From: Bigelowiella natans CCMP2755
Taxonomy: Eukaryota; Protista; Cercozoa
Length of the DNA: 64,000 nt
Direction of reading: 5' to 3'
Assembly (NCBI GenBank): GCA_000320545.1
Contig: ADNK01000002.1
Coordinates: forward strand, 124,001-188,000
Below the pieces are notes generated by a model. That model was not told where the DNA came from and did no database searches. It saw only the letters and a list, made by a program, of their open reading frames with translations. A program made the translations under genes and the position numbers. Positions 1 to 12,267 of the stretch are shown piece by piece; position 1 is the first letter of the stretch, and each line of letters begins with the position of its first letter.

Positions 1-339
1 GATACTTCCTCTACATCGTGCTCATCGCCTGGGATCATTGCAACAACTTCAGTGCCAGCAAGTACTACGACCATGACCAAAATGACGACGACGACGACCA
101 AGACTACAATGTCAACGATGAATTCTTATGTAGTTTCCCCTACTATGAATTCATTTTCGCAGTCTTATTCATCATGCAGTGAGATTAAGTCGTCCCCACA
201 CCAGTCTACGACCAATGGTGCAATAGTAGGGAAAGGATCTCTACAGAAGGACCATCGCTAAGACATCCCATAACTTAGTCAGATGTGCAAAGTAGATGCT
301 CTGGAAGCATCAGGACAGTGTTGAGATTTCAGAATTGTG

Positions 340-2620
340 TACTTGTTCGAAAGCGTGAGTTCCTTTCTGACAAAATTCATGCCCACAAGCATCCTGTTCA
401 TGCCCACATTTAGACACATGTTCATGCATGGCACATCTGATTGATCACCTAGTTGCCCATTCGAAGATGATCATTGCTGAACTACGCGCATGTGGTCTCT
501 AGAGTCTAGATGATGGTCGCTGCAAGCCATTTGTGAGCACACAATCAAATTAGCCTCGTATGACAGGACCACCATTCAGGCTAGCAGGTGTGCTGTCATT
601 TGTGTCAGGCATGCGAACATGCCTAGATGTCTTCAGGCGAGACGAAGATGCAGGTGTCTAGCTGTAGCAAGCTGGAATTGTTGATGTTTCAGTTCATCAC
701 ATCTAGACATGCAGATGAACACATCTAGATCTGCTCTAGTGCTAGCTAGCTAGACCCATTCACTGCGCGCACTGGCGCATGCTGGCATGGCAAGATGAGG
801 TTTCACCATCATCTCTAGATCTGTTGCAACAACAATGATCTGGACAATGTGGCACATTTTGGCACAACTAGACAACACCAGATCGAGCAGACAATGTTCA
901 TTGCTCCATGCTTGACATCACTCACGTGAGCTGTCTAGCTGTGTCTAGCTAGCTAGTCTAGCAGCAGTGTGCGTGGTGCGCATCAATGTGTTGTGCCACA
1001 CCAATCTAGCTAGCTAGCTAGCTGGTGATTTCCATGCGAACGACTCGGGATGTCTGTCTTCGATCTGGACATCGATCTCACACTAGCTAGCTTGCGCTCG
1101 AGCGTGAGCAAAAGTGTCCAGACGTCTGCACATCTAGACATGCAAGACAAGACTCATCCAAGGACACTTCGTTGTGTGTGCATCATTGCACGATCTAGCC
1201 CGGTAGCGACAAAAACAAAAAAGTGTGACACACTCGGCACTTGTTCACCACAGAAAAGAAACGTGTCAAACAGCAAAACTCAACAAGCTAGCAAGGCTAG
1301 CTGTGGCCAGAGGGTTCACTGCCACGCCAGCACGCGCATTGCCCCATTGGCCCAACTAGCCAACTGCTGCTTCCATCTTGCTTGCCAGCTTGCTTGCTTG
1401 GCTCAGTCTGGCAGTCTCGGTGCTGTGAAGCTCCAGAGCTGTTTTTGTTGTCGCTTTTGACCACATGCTATGTGTCATCCAATGAACGAACGCTTCCCCC
1501 CTTGTGAGCGCCTGATGTGCGCTCCCTCCTCGAACCTGGGAATGTTTGACATCGAACATTGCGACAACTTCGCACTGCCAGACTGGCACAGTCTAGCAGT
1601 CGCTGAGTGTGCATGTGTGCGTGCACGCAGCACCACTCTGAAACTCTGGAACAAACGTTCACGTCTAGACGTGCACGATGCAAGTGAACAATGAAACAAT
1701 GAAACAATGACAATGAACCTGGAAACGTGAACAAACGTGAACGAACGAACGGGTGAATGCCAGAGTGAATGAACAAGTGAACAATGAACAATGAACAATG
1801 AACAATGATGATGAACTACATTTCCAAAATGCAACAAGACATTTGCAGTGCACGAAACGCAGTGCCTCGAGCCAAACCTGGCGAGGTCCAATTTTGGGCA
1901 TGTCATGACGCCATGACAATGCTGCAACACTCGCTACGAACGCGTGTTGGCTCATGCATGAAGTGAAACAAAAAGGAACCAAGAATGGCATTCTAGCCAC
2001 TCCTCCGTTCCTAGTTTCATTGTCTTTTGTGCATGATCTTTGCCAACTTCAGGACCACGCACCCCTGAGTTCTGCCGTGATGGTTTGCCCATGCCAGCAT
2101 GCTTGGAGATCACCAAGCAAGAACACCACACCTACGAACCCCAAGCGAACAATCCCATGGACCACACCTTCATGGTCCGCTTCACACCTGCCACAACATC
2201 CCCGGCTTTTGCGGAGACATTGCCCTCGCTGGAAGGCATGAAGGTGGAGGAGGATGCATTCTTCCGCCTTGAAGTGTGTCCTTTTCATGATGCTTGATTT
2301 GAAAGAAAAGAAGAAAGAAACTTTGTTGATCAATTGCATTTGAAAAGATCATCATGGAACGTGCCAACTCACCCATGCCAGCATGCCACAATGCTTGCAC
2401 ATGCATGCACTTGCTTGTGGCAAGGTCCAAAATTTGAGATTGAGAGTAACTCTGCGATTTCTCGAGATTGTTCCGAGATTGCTCGAGATTGTTCCGAGAT
2501 TGTTTTGAGATTGCTCCTGGTTCAGGCATCGTCGCACCTTCACGATCAACACGAAGAGGTGATGAATGAAGGAATGAATGAATGAGTGGATGAATGAATG
2601 AATGAAAAGGAATTTCTCTG
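340..2620. repeat. TpA-depleted degenerate repeat/intergenic island
   Basis: Almost all remaining TA dinucleotides are in CTA/TAG/CTAG context. CATG, TGCA and CACA are abundant and CpG is retained. Contains degenerate (AATGAAC)n at ~1687-1810 and ~11-bp GAGATTGTTCC/GAGATTGCTC tandem units at ~2455-2515. Confidence 0.75.
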
Positions 2621-2824
2621 ATTTTGTGTGTGTATGTGTGTGTGTGTATGTGTGTGCGTGTAGATATGCTTAACTTTGCTACGACTCATCAATGACAAAG
2701 TAAATCAGATTTCAATTTGAAAAAAGGGGGAATCAGCAATGCCTTCAGCTATTTCATCATCTCCACAATATTCCTAGCATTTTCTTCCCAAGCTGCCCCA
2801 CGCTTACAGCAAAATAGAGAAACT

Positions 2825-3001
2825 ATGCTCGACCGTACCTACGAGAAATCTCTTTGTCGGACACACTTCGACGATTTCAAAGAGAAACAGGCAAACTAGA
2901 GACAGAAAGGGGGGATAGAGAGAAGAAGAACGTGAGAAGGGGGGAAGGATACGACCTCAAGCTAGCGATGTATGCAAGAACAGTTAGACTGGAGACAAAT
3001 C

Positions 3002-3033
<32 letters not shown>

Positions 3034-5227
3034 GCAAAATTTAAGGGAAAAACGATAAGCTGGATGCAATTTTCAGCAGCACGTCGTTGTTGGCATAGAC
3101 GAGGCTGGCCGTGGACCCTTAGCGGGTAGCTTCTGTATTTAGAGGTACGAGTTCTTCGATTGAATATTGATGCTTTCTTATTCAGGGCCAGTCGTTGCAG
3201 CTGCGTGCCACATCCCTTTTGATGTCCAAATAGATGGAATAAATGATAGCAAAAAAGTGCAGGAAGCTGATCGCGAGGCGCTTTTTAAAATACTCACCGA
3301 ACACCCGAGAGTGAAGTATGCCGTCAGGTCGAAGCTAGAGATTCAAATCGATGCTTTCTGTCTGCTGAGGAAGGATATTGTACTGTATTGTCAGTATCAT
3401 CGATGCTCGGGGTATTGAGAAGTTAAACATACTTCATGCTGCGATGGCGGCGATGGATGGCGCTTTTCAGAAACTCAATGCAAGTAGTGTAACATGCAAA
3501 ATCACGGCATATAAAACAGTTATTTGGACACAGGGGTCCATCCTTATGATAAAATTACCAGAGATATATTCGTTTCCAAAGAAATTCACATTGTAACAAT
3601 ATAATATTGTTACCATTTCTGTAGGCATTTTGGAGTTACCGTCATCGTCACCATCAAAAACTCTCGTCCTGATTGATGGACCAAGAGTCCCCCCTAAACT
3701 CAAAGACCAAAATGAAAGCTCTTTTGACGATAATGGTATAGATTTCTTTTCTCCTCCTCTGTGTAAAAAAACATCGGTCTCCAAATCCTGTATTAGGGTG
3801 ATGAAATATCGTTAAATAGAAAAAAGGCATCATGATGGATATGGATGATTATTGTTATAATAGTAATAATCAAATTCATTGTTATGTTAGTTCCTTTTGC
3901 AGTATTGCCTGTCGTAAAGGGAGACTCCAAGTGCTTTTCAATTGCTGCAGCCTCGATAATTGCTAAAGTTTCACGGTGAGAAGTCACATTTCCTACTTAT
4001 TCATATGTCTGCAACAAGTAGGCAATTGAGAAGTATGCAGATGATAGGGAAAATGATGGCGTCGATGATATAGTTTTTGTATGTCACCTCGTAGTGAAAG
4101 AGGTTTATTTACCGTTATCTTATGCCATGCCGATATTAGTATCGTACAGATACGTGTCTTACTAAACTTTCCGTATCATGATTATTGTAACATTGATTTG
4201 TTTTAATTTGATTAAAGAGACCGGATTATGTACAGTATGCATAAGAAATGGCCTCAATATCAATTTGCACGCCATAAGGTATGAGATGTGTACTATACTC
4301 ACATCGTCCGCCTTAGTAGTACTACCACAAAAAAGAAAAAGGCACAACGATTTTTGTATCTCGAGTATTAACATAGTAGTATATCCTATTCTATTTATGA
4401 TCCCTCCTAATGGCACACCAACTAATTTCAACCAATTCAATGTTGTAACATGATTGGTGGTGGTGATGATGATGATGATGATGATACATATTCCATCTTC
4501 TATCCAATTGCGACCGAGCACATATCTCACTTAGGTCATATTACTTACAAAAATCAAAGAAAATGAATGAACAGTAGTTTTGATATATAGGGATATCCGA
4601 CTGCATTACACGTGCAGGCGATCCGGCAGCATGGTTTTGTTTGACACAGAATTACTAATTTTTATTAATATACTTCCCTCGATGGTTGTGATGTGGGTGA
4701 TACGAATGGTGTCATTGGTAGTATAGGTCATGGTGATAATAGTGATGATGATGATTATGGTGATGATGATGATAATGATGAAATGAAGAGCATTCTTGGT
4801 ATTGACGAGGATGGTACGGAGAATAATCCAGTAATTCTCCTTTTCAAGGTCCTTGTGAAATCCATCGAATGACATTTGCTCCTCTTAAACACTGGTATCC
4901 AACCTCTTCAGGTTAGTGTCTTTGGTTGCTTTTTTTAGCTATTGTAGCACGAGAAATAAACACGTTATTAGCAACTTTCATCGTTTTGTCCATTTATCAG
5001 ATGTTAAAAAAGTGGAAAAGTATCAGAGCAAGCCGTCCAAAAAGCTAGCCAGAAAGCATACGACTACAAAAGCAGTTCTCACTCCCAAAAGCAGGAAAAC
5101 AAGAATACGGAAGATCAAGCAAACTCGCAGCCAAAACCAAACTGGAAGGACAAAAAAACACAAGCACGAGACAGGAACAAAATGTGTTCGACGTAGTAAA
5201 AGAATAGCCGCAATGTCGAAATCATAG
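2825..5227 (+). CDS. Ribonuclease HII (bacterial rnhB-type), multi-exon, with basic C-terminal tail
   Basis: Exons encode VGIDEAGRGPLAG/GPVVAAA, INDSKK, NILHAAMAAM, VLIDG, VVKGDSKCFSIAAASIIAKV, QYQFARHKG/GYPT, and GPCEIHRMTFAPL, all canonical RNase HII motifs. The start codon is approximate. Confidence 0.9.
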
Positions 5228-5497
5228 CAAGCTTGCAGCATTGCATTTGCACAAATATAGCCCTCTATATTACATCACAGAGGCAAATACATCCATATAT
5301 AGACAAATCTACATGCACACCGAGTTTCTATATTTCTATTACATCACACACAGCAATCTCCATCTGGTCTGCGTCCACGTATGTAGCATGTGCTGCTGCA
5401 ATGCGATGCGGCAAAGCGGACTAGCTGTATGATGAATCGTCTACAGAGATGCGCGCATCTACAATCCTTACAATCAGTTTTGAGCACTATGACTAGA

Positions 5498-6154
5498 TGA
5501 GACGGATGTAATGAACAAGTTTACAAATAAAAATTTTTCAAATGCAGAATGGACATCCTAATAATGCAGTTGCGAGCACCTCTATGGACACACAACTCTG
5601 GAGCTCTCTATCTGCTCTTTTGAGCTCTAGCTAAAGCTACACACAGTGCACATCGCATCATCGTGTGTGTGCATCATGCTAGAATGAAAGTTGCACATGC
5701 GCATATGTGTCCATCTAGCTAGCTACTAGCCATATGATATCGTTGACAACCACACGTACAGCAGGCTAGCTAGCAGGTCTAGAGGTGCCTCATGAATTTT
5801 GTGATGATCGATCACATTCTTAGTTGACTATGCTAGCTATATAGCATGCTAGTTGATGTCATTTGCGTCTTGCGCACAATCATCAGCGTATAAGTGCTGC
5901 TGCTTGGTATCGTAGTGCCATATCCACAACGTACAACATGTGCACTCTAGCACCGTGCTATAATGACAATGGCTATGTGTCCTGTCTCTGTGTGTCCTAT
6001 CTAGCTGTGCTAGTAGTGTCTACTGTGTGTTCGTGTAGTCATTTCTGAATTTGCGCACAGCATGCATTCATGCAGTGCAAGCATCCATAGCGCTACTAGG
6101 CTAGCTAGCTAGTCTGATGACAAATGAAAAAAAAATATCATTACGTCCGTCTCA
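5498..6154. mobile_element. Degenerate MITE-like element with ~17-bp inverted termini
   Basis: TGAGACGGATGTAATGA at 5498 matches the reverse complement of TCATTACGTCCGTCTCA ending at 6154 with 1 mismatch. The same motif recurs at ~10943. No clean TSD. Confidence 0.5.
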
Positions 6155-6460
6155 CACGCTAGTCTGGCTATTATAGGCTGTTGCCGTTACGTGTCTAGGT
6201 GTGCGTGCTCGTTTTGCATGTTTGTGCGCAAAGCAGAAATTTTATGGGTACACAGCATGGAAATAAAGACACATAGTAAATTTGTGGTAAACTTGTGATA
6301 AATTTGATATACATTTAACACATCAATTAAAATTCAATGTGACTGAAGCCCTTGAAAATTTCCAATGTCTTCTGCCAAGACGATGTGCAATCTATTGTGA
6401 CTAAATCTGAACCATGATAATTTATATAACGAAGATTTTCAAAAGAATTTATTATCCAAT

Positions 6461-7398
6461 TTACTTCTTCTCAGTCGTCTCTTTTCCCATCTCCCACCAT
6501 CTAATCGATGTAACTTTATCAAAAATCTCGCCTGCAATTTTGCCGCCGTCGAGCCCTGCGCGAGCGAAACCGGTATCGACGTTTGTTCCTTCAACCTCCA
6601 TGGTGCCCTTTGGCATCCTTTGCATCCCACCAGCAAGCCACATCACATTGGTAAAACCTGAGGATTTTTTAAAATGTAAGCATGGATGTTGAATCAGATA
6701 TAACATCGTACCATGTGAAATGGGTCTAATCGCAGAGTTGGACAACTTTTATTTGCATTAAAGTCATGACAGAAACACAAACCTGCGTTAACTAGGTAAT
6801 CGGTTGCAACAAGGGATCTCAGTCCTTCGCCACAGCTGAGGATGAGTTTCGCATCAGCTGGGAACTCCTTCTGAACGTCTGCCACGAAGTTATCATTCCG
6901 TTCCAAATCGCGGCTGTGGCCAGCGTAAATACTATTTGACCATCGTCGAGCCAGTGACATGACATCAATTCCTTCGCGTTCTTTCACAAATGGAACATGA
7001 GTCGAATCTTTAGCTCTAATTCGTTCCCGCTCGTAAGCTGGACGCACATCGATCACCTGGAATCCGTCATCGAGGTATTCTTTCATCTCCTCGCCATAAA
7101 GTCCACGGGTCTTTTTGAGAATGCTGCGATAGCCATCGTATGCACTTCCAAATTTCCTGTAGTCTACACCATCAAAGCTTTGGCCTTTCAGATCTGCTCC
7201 AACCTGAAGTTTTCGGGTACCCCCACATCCGAGACGAGCGAGGTGTGAAAGTTGCGAAGGCCGTGTAGCTGAAAAGTGTGCAGTTCGCGTACTAGAGGAG
7301 ATTGAGGAGGAAAGCCGCGCTGAAGACGAGAAAGCAATGAAGGCAGCAACGCCAAAAAGAGCAAGGAGCGCGAAGGGGGTTGCCGACGACGATGCCAT
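6461..7398 (-). CDS. Rhodanese-domain protein with bipartite (signal + transit peptide) plastid-targeting leader; exons 7398-6783 and 6657-6461
   Basis: VIDVRP...ILSCGEGLRS...AG/FTNVMWLAGG rhodanese motifs joined by a GT-AG intron. The hydrophobic N-terminus is followed by an S/R-rich stretch. Confidence 0.85.
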
Positions 7399-8487
7399 TG
7401 ATTGATATCTTCTGTGGTATCGTTTGTTCGGTTTGCGCATAGAGGTTTTCTTTTTTCAGCACAATTGAACTATTTAGCACCACGAAATATGCTGCAATTA
7501 CCACATCTGAGACAGCTCTTCACCACAAAATATGAGGATAATCTTGACCTTTTTATTGCTATCGTTGCATCCAAAACCATTCTGCTGCCACAAGTAAAGT
7601 CTTTGCTAAGATTTCGTATTAGAACGAATAATTGAATGGCATTTATTTTGAAAGACATCCATTGACATCGAAAATAGAGTGCAACAAATAGACATGGGAT
7701 TTTACCTACTCTTTTGCTTTCCCGAATTATTCTTTTTGCTAAGATATCATTGCTAACTCATAACATCTCGCTACATGTAGAATTCGATTCGACTTCTCTT
7801 GGTTGGATTGCTCCTCCCTACCTGTAATATATATTCATCTCTCGAGACTTGTGTGTGTTTCGGGAAAAAATAGGGGTATACCAACATTGCTTCATCAGGC
7901 CGTTCGTACGACTTCTCTATCTCACAAGAAAAAAATTGCCTTCTTTTTCACTTTTGTTACTTCAATGTGAAATTCCATGTTTAGTCTTTTATCCTAGTCG
8001 CAAATAATAATCAGCTTCCATTTGAGAAATAATAATTATGAAGTCTGTACCCCCCCTTGGAATGCACTTTTCAAAATATCCTCATAAACTTCATATTCAT
8101 TGAATAATTTGATATACTTGCTATTTTTATTAATATTGAGAATAAATGTTGTCGTACAGACTATTTATCTAATTAAAATTCCACCGTTGAGGTAGGCCAG
8201 GTCTGAAAATTTAAAGGCGGCATTGAAGCCGACAAGTCTCCCACCATCGATTGGACCAACATGAAGATATGTCGACAGTGGGGAGGAGCAATGATGGTGT
8301 TCATCGCTCTTACCTTTGCAAAGAAGACAGACTCACGGGTTCTAAGAGCTGGCTCGACAAGAACTGTCGCGGTTCGAAGCTTTTCCAAATTAGAATTAGA
8401 ACACCTCTGAGTGAATGTCACATGAGGATGTTGAATGCATTGAATAATTCTCAATAGAATATGTCATTTTTGTTTGATTTCAGTCTC

Positions 8488-9977
8488 ATGGAATATGGAA
8501 GAACCTGCGACGTACCAGCAATGGAATCAGAAATAATTTCCATCGTACGTTACAGCGAAGTCCCTTCAAGTCGAGATCAATTTCTGGGACGCATTCCCTG
8601 GTCTTCAATGATGATCTTGAAATGCAACTAAGTCAGATAATAAAAGAGAGGAAGCTGAGGCGCGATGAGGTTAGCTTCAACCTTCAATTTCAACTATTTC
8701 TCCATCACTGAGCCGTCTTTCCCCCCTCTAATGTGTGACTGAAGTCGAATACTCAATGTCAGAAATCAGGTGGCAGGGCTTCATTACCAGCTGTTGCCTT
8801 TGATATTGATGGGGTGTTCAAAATGGGTGGTCAATATTCTGCAGCTGGAGCAGAGGCTCTACGAAAGGTGGTCGACGCCGAGATTCCTTACGTGTTGGTG
8901 ACAAACGGAGGGGGTGGTCGCACCGAGGAGCAGTACGCAAACGAGATGAACAAGAAATTGCAGGCAGTGGATGAAAAATCTGCTGATATGGAATTCGTTA
9001 CAGGCGATCAAATGATTTTGAGCTACACACCCTTCGACAGTGACCTTTCTCATTTGAAAAACGAGCCCGTTCTCATTGTGGGCTCACCCAGAATCCTGGA
9101 AGCAGCGGTAAATTACGGCTTTACCAAGGCGATGCATCTGAGCGAATACACATGCCGCCATCCCACTATGAACCCATTCGGAAAGTCTGGCTTGGAGAAA
9201 GATGATTGTGTGATAAATCTCGCAAGAGAAGAATGGAACGAAGATTTTAAAGCAATTCTTGTTTTCACTGACCCCGTGGATTTCTTCGAGGGAATCCAAG
9301 TCCTCACTGATGTTCTCTTATCAAGTAAGCCGGGCAAAGTTGAGTTTGAGCCTGAAAGAAGGATTCCAATAGTATTTTCTAATCCGGATCTCCTTTGGAA
9401 GACTCAATACCCACATGCTCGGTTTGGACAAGGAGCTTTCCGATTAGCACTGGAAGTTTGCTACAAAGCGCGTTTGCAAAATCTAGGTGCTTCAGAAAAG
9501 GAGATAGAGAATCGTCTCAGAGATTTTGTCCAATATGGAAAACCTGAGATTGCACAGTTTCTTCATACGAAGAGGGCATTAATCAAACAAGCAGCTAAGA
9601 CAGGGTATTATTCTTATTTTTTAGTAATTATGCTCACTTCCGTACACATTTGCATTAGTGAACACCATTGCAAGAAACAGAACGCTAATGACGGTGTTGT
9701 TACTAGGTGTGATATCTCCCACTACTACATGGTTGGAGACAACCCAATGTCGGATATCCAGGGTGCGATTAACATGGATGAGAGAGCTCGTTCGAAAGAT
9801 GAGAAGCGATGGTCAGGATTATTGGTACGGACGGGAGTTTACAAGGATGGAGACAATGATCTTGGAGCTACAAAGATTGTCGACAATGTCTTAGACTCAG
9901 TCGATCACATTCTAGATGCACATAAAGAAGAACTTCAGAAGTTAAAAGAGCAAAAAGCAACAAAGACTGTTGCATGA
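8488..9977 (+). CDS. HAD-superfamily subfamily IIA hydrolase (CECR5/HDHD5-like)
   Basis: Motifs AFDIDGV, LVTNGGG, FSNPDLLW, RFGQGAF, YGKP, YMVGDNPMSDIQGA and LVRTGVY. Probable stop-free intron at ~9604-9707. The 5' end is uncertain. Confidence 0.88.
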
Positions 9978-10699
9978 GTAAAACCTTCAACCAATAGAAT
10001 TGATATCCAACTCCCAATTCCTGTGATTAAGTGGAAAATATTATGGAATCTCCGCGAATTGAAGAATGATAGAAAACAGTTTAAAAACAAAATCAGATAA
10101 ATTTCGATCAATTGCCATTCCTCGTTTCAACGTTGCATAGAATCTGGCAACTCATTTAGTTCGTCCTAATTATCATCTGCTGTAAATTTAGCACATATCC
10201 TCTGCTCGCAACAAAAACAACAGCAACAACAACTTTATGACTACCATCCACTTCCGCTTCCACGAGCACAACATATTTAAGTGCATAAGCGGTTTTGGTG
10301 AGATTGATGACAGGCAAGAGCATTAAGAGAAGCCTTGTAAATGGCACCAGCGAAACTCTGGCGGCATAGTTACTAATTATTAATCTTACCTACAAAGTTA
10401 CGTCTGGAAAAGTCTGGTTTAGCATCGTTACACCTTGATTTTCTGGACAATCAAGGTTTTTTTCCGAAAATGTAGCTACACTGGTATATTCGTTTGCGAC
10501 TCTTGCGCACACGTTCGAAATACCTATCAAAATTTAAATATGAATGAGAGCGCATTTTTTTTAGGACGTAGTTTGATAGTCGCAGCTCGCATACTGTCAT
10601 TTATATTGTTTACTTGTGAAACAAGTGCATTGAAAACTTAAAAAAGTCTATAAAAAGAGTACATTCAACTATACATAGCAAACATATCACAAATGAATC

Positions 10700-12120
10700 T
10701 AGTCAGCTAGCAGCAGCAGTGCTAGTAGTACCAGGGCAATGCGTTTAGTCTGAACACAATATCACGATAGTTAAGGCCAACATAGATTGTGCACTAGCGC
10801 ATCACAACACATGCACAAAGAGTTGCTATTCCATAAAAGCTTTGTCGCTTGCATTGGTATGTCATTATATGTAGACAAGCTAGTCTAGTAGTGACATGAT
10901 GCGTCGTGATGGTAGAATGTGAGACTAAAGACGGCTAGAAGTAGACGGATGTAATGAATGAAAAAATTACATTCTATCAATCGTATCTAGCAATAGACAT
11001 CAACATTCTAATAGCTGCCACATGCACAAAGCAGAGGCATGTAAGGCGGATGTAATTGGTCAACTAAATTTGTTCAATGGTCATCCTCATGTAATGCAGA
11101 GCAACTGTGCAAAGCATGTAGCCAACACGCATTAGCATGCATGCGATGCACAGGCAACTAATGTGACCATGCATGTATCGTTGTACACGGCGAGTTGATT
11201 CATTCGGAATTAATTGCGTTCGTCTGTGCCACGTCTCATTGTCTCATTGCAAATAGCAGAAAGAAACAACTCAGCTTTAGTCGTTGTGGCTGCAGCTAGC
11301 TGGCTGTGGGAAGCGTGCGCTGCGTCTAGGACAACATGATGGCAAGAATGAAAAAACATGCTAGCTGGGCCGCTCTAGCGCTTCATTGCGTCCATTTTGT
11401 CGCATGCTGTGTCCATTGAAAAATGCTCTAGCTAGATAGCCTACTAGTTGTGTGCACATGTGCACAGACACTTTGTCTCACACATGCGTGTTTCAGGCAC
11501 TGTATGTGATGCATCAGGCGGGCGTCATGATTGCATGAAAATTCTTGTCTTTTCATCAAATTCTCGTCGCTAATGTAGCTTTGCAATGCGATGCGACGCG
11601 GCTACGGCGCAAAATAGCCAGCGGCTACAATGTGTAAGCGCTCCTCAAGGCAGCTCTAGAGCTATGCATGACTAGCTAGATGATGCAGAGCTAGAGAGGC
11701 ATGCATTGTCTCAGACTGTCTGGTTGTCGTCGCTACAGCTACAGGCCCACGTGCCTTGCTAGCGCTAACAACTGTAGACAAGCGCACGGGCCTGCAGCGA
11801 CATACCTAGATGCGTCTAGCTAGCTAGATGATTCCTAGATTCGATCGTGTCGATGCATCACTGACTGCAATGATTCGCGGCACCGCTAGCTCTAGACCGA
11901 GCCACGCACATACGCAACCTCTTCAACATCATTGCACATTGCTAGATTGCATGGCAGTAGCGCTGTCTGGTTGTGGCTGATACTTAATCTTTGGTCTGTC
12001 GAAGACATATCAGCTTGACAGCAGACTGTATGTGAATCATGTAGTGCGCATGCCTCTGCTAGATCACGGATGTAGGACATGCGCGAATAATGAGCATGTA
12101 TGCATGTCGCAAACGCATGG
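10700..12120. repeat. TpA-depleted, CTAG-rich island between convergent genes
   Basis: Runs of CTAGCTAG and abundant CATG/TGCA. No credible coding sequence. Contains GACGGATGTAATGAA at ~10944. Confidence 0.6.
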
Positions 12121-12267
12121 TTACGATTATTTGCTTCCTGTCATTGTAAAGTCATCTAATTGTTTTGCAAATAGTATTCATTGCTAGTTGCTAGTAAGAA
12201 TCCCGTTAGCATTCTAGCCGGTGTGTGGGATGTATCCTTCAGAATGAAAAATCTCTTCAAATATTGC

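Noticed and set aside
1-261. Possible 3' end of a plus-strand gene at the window start
   Set aside because: Low-complexity Thr/Ser ORF truncated by the window; no recognisable domain.
2455-2515. CRISPR-like repeat array
   Set aside because: Short head-to-tail tandem units without unique spacers, in a eukaryotic context with no cas genes.
1050-2585. Numerous overlapping Cys/His-rich ORFs (also 39071-40295, 51127-51378, 58130-58974)
   Set aside because: By-product of TAA/TAG/Tyr codon loss; open in many frames at once with no domain signal.
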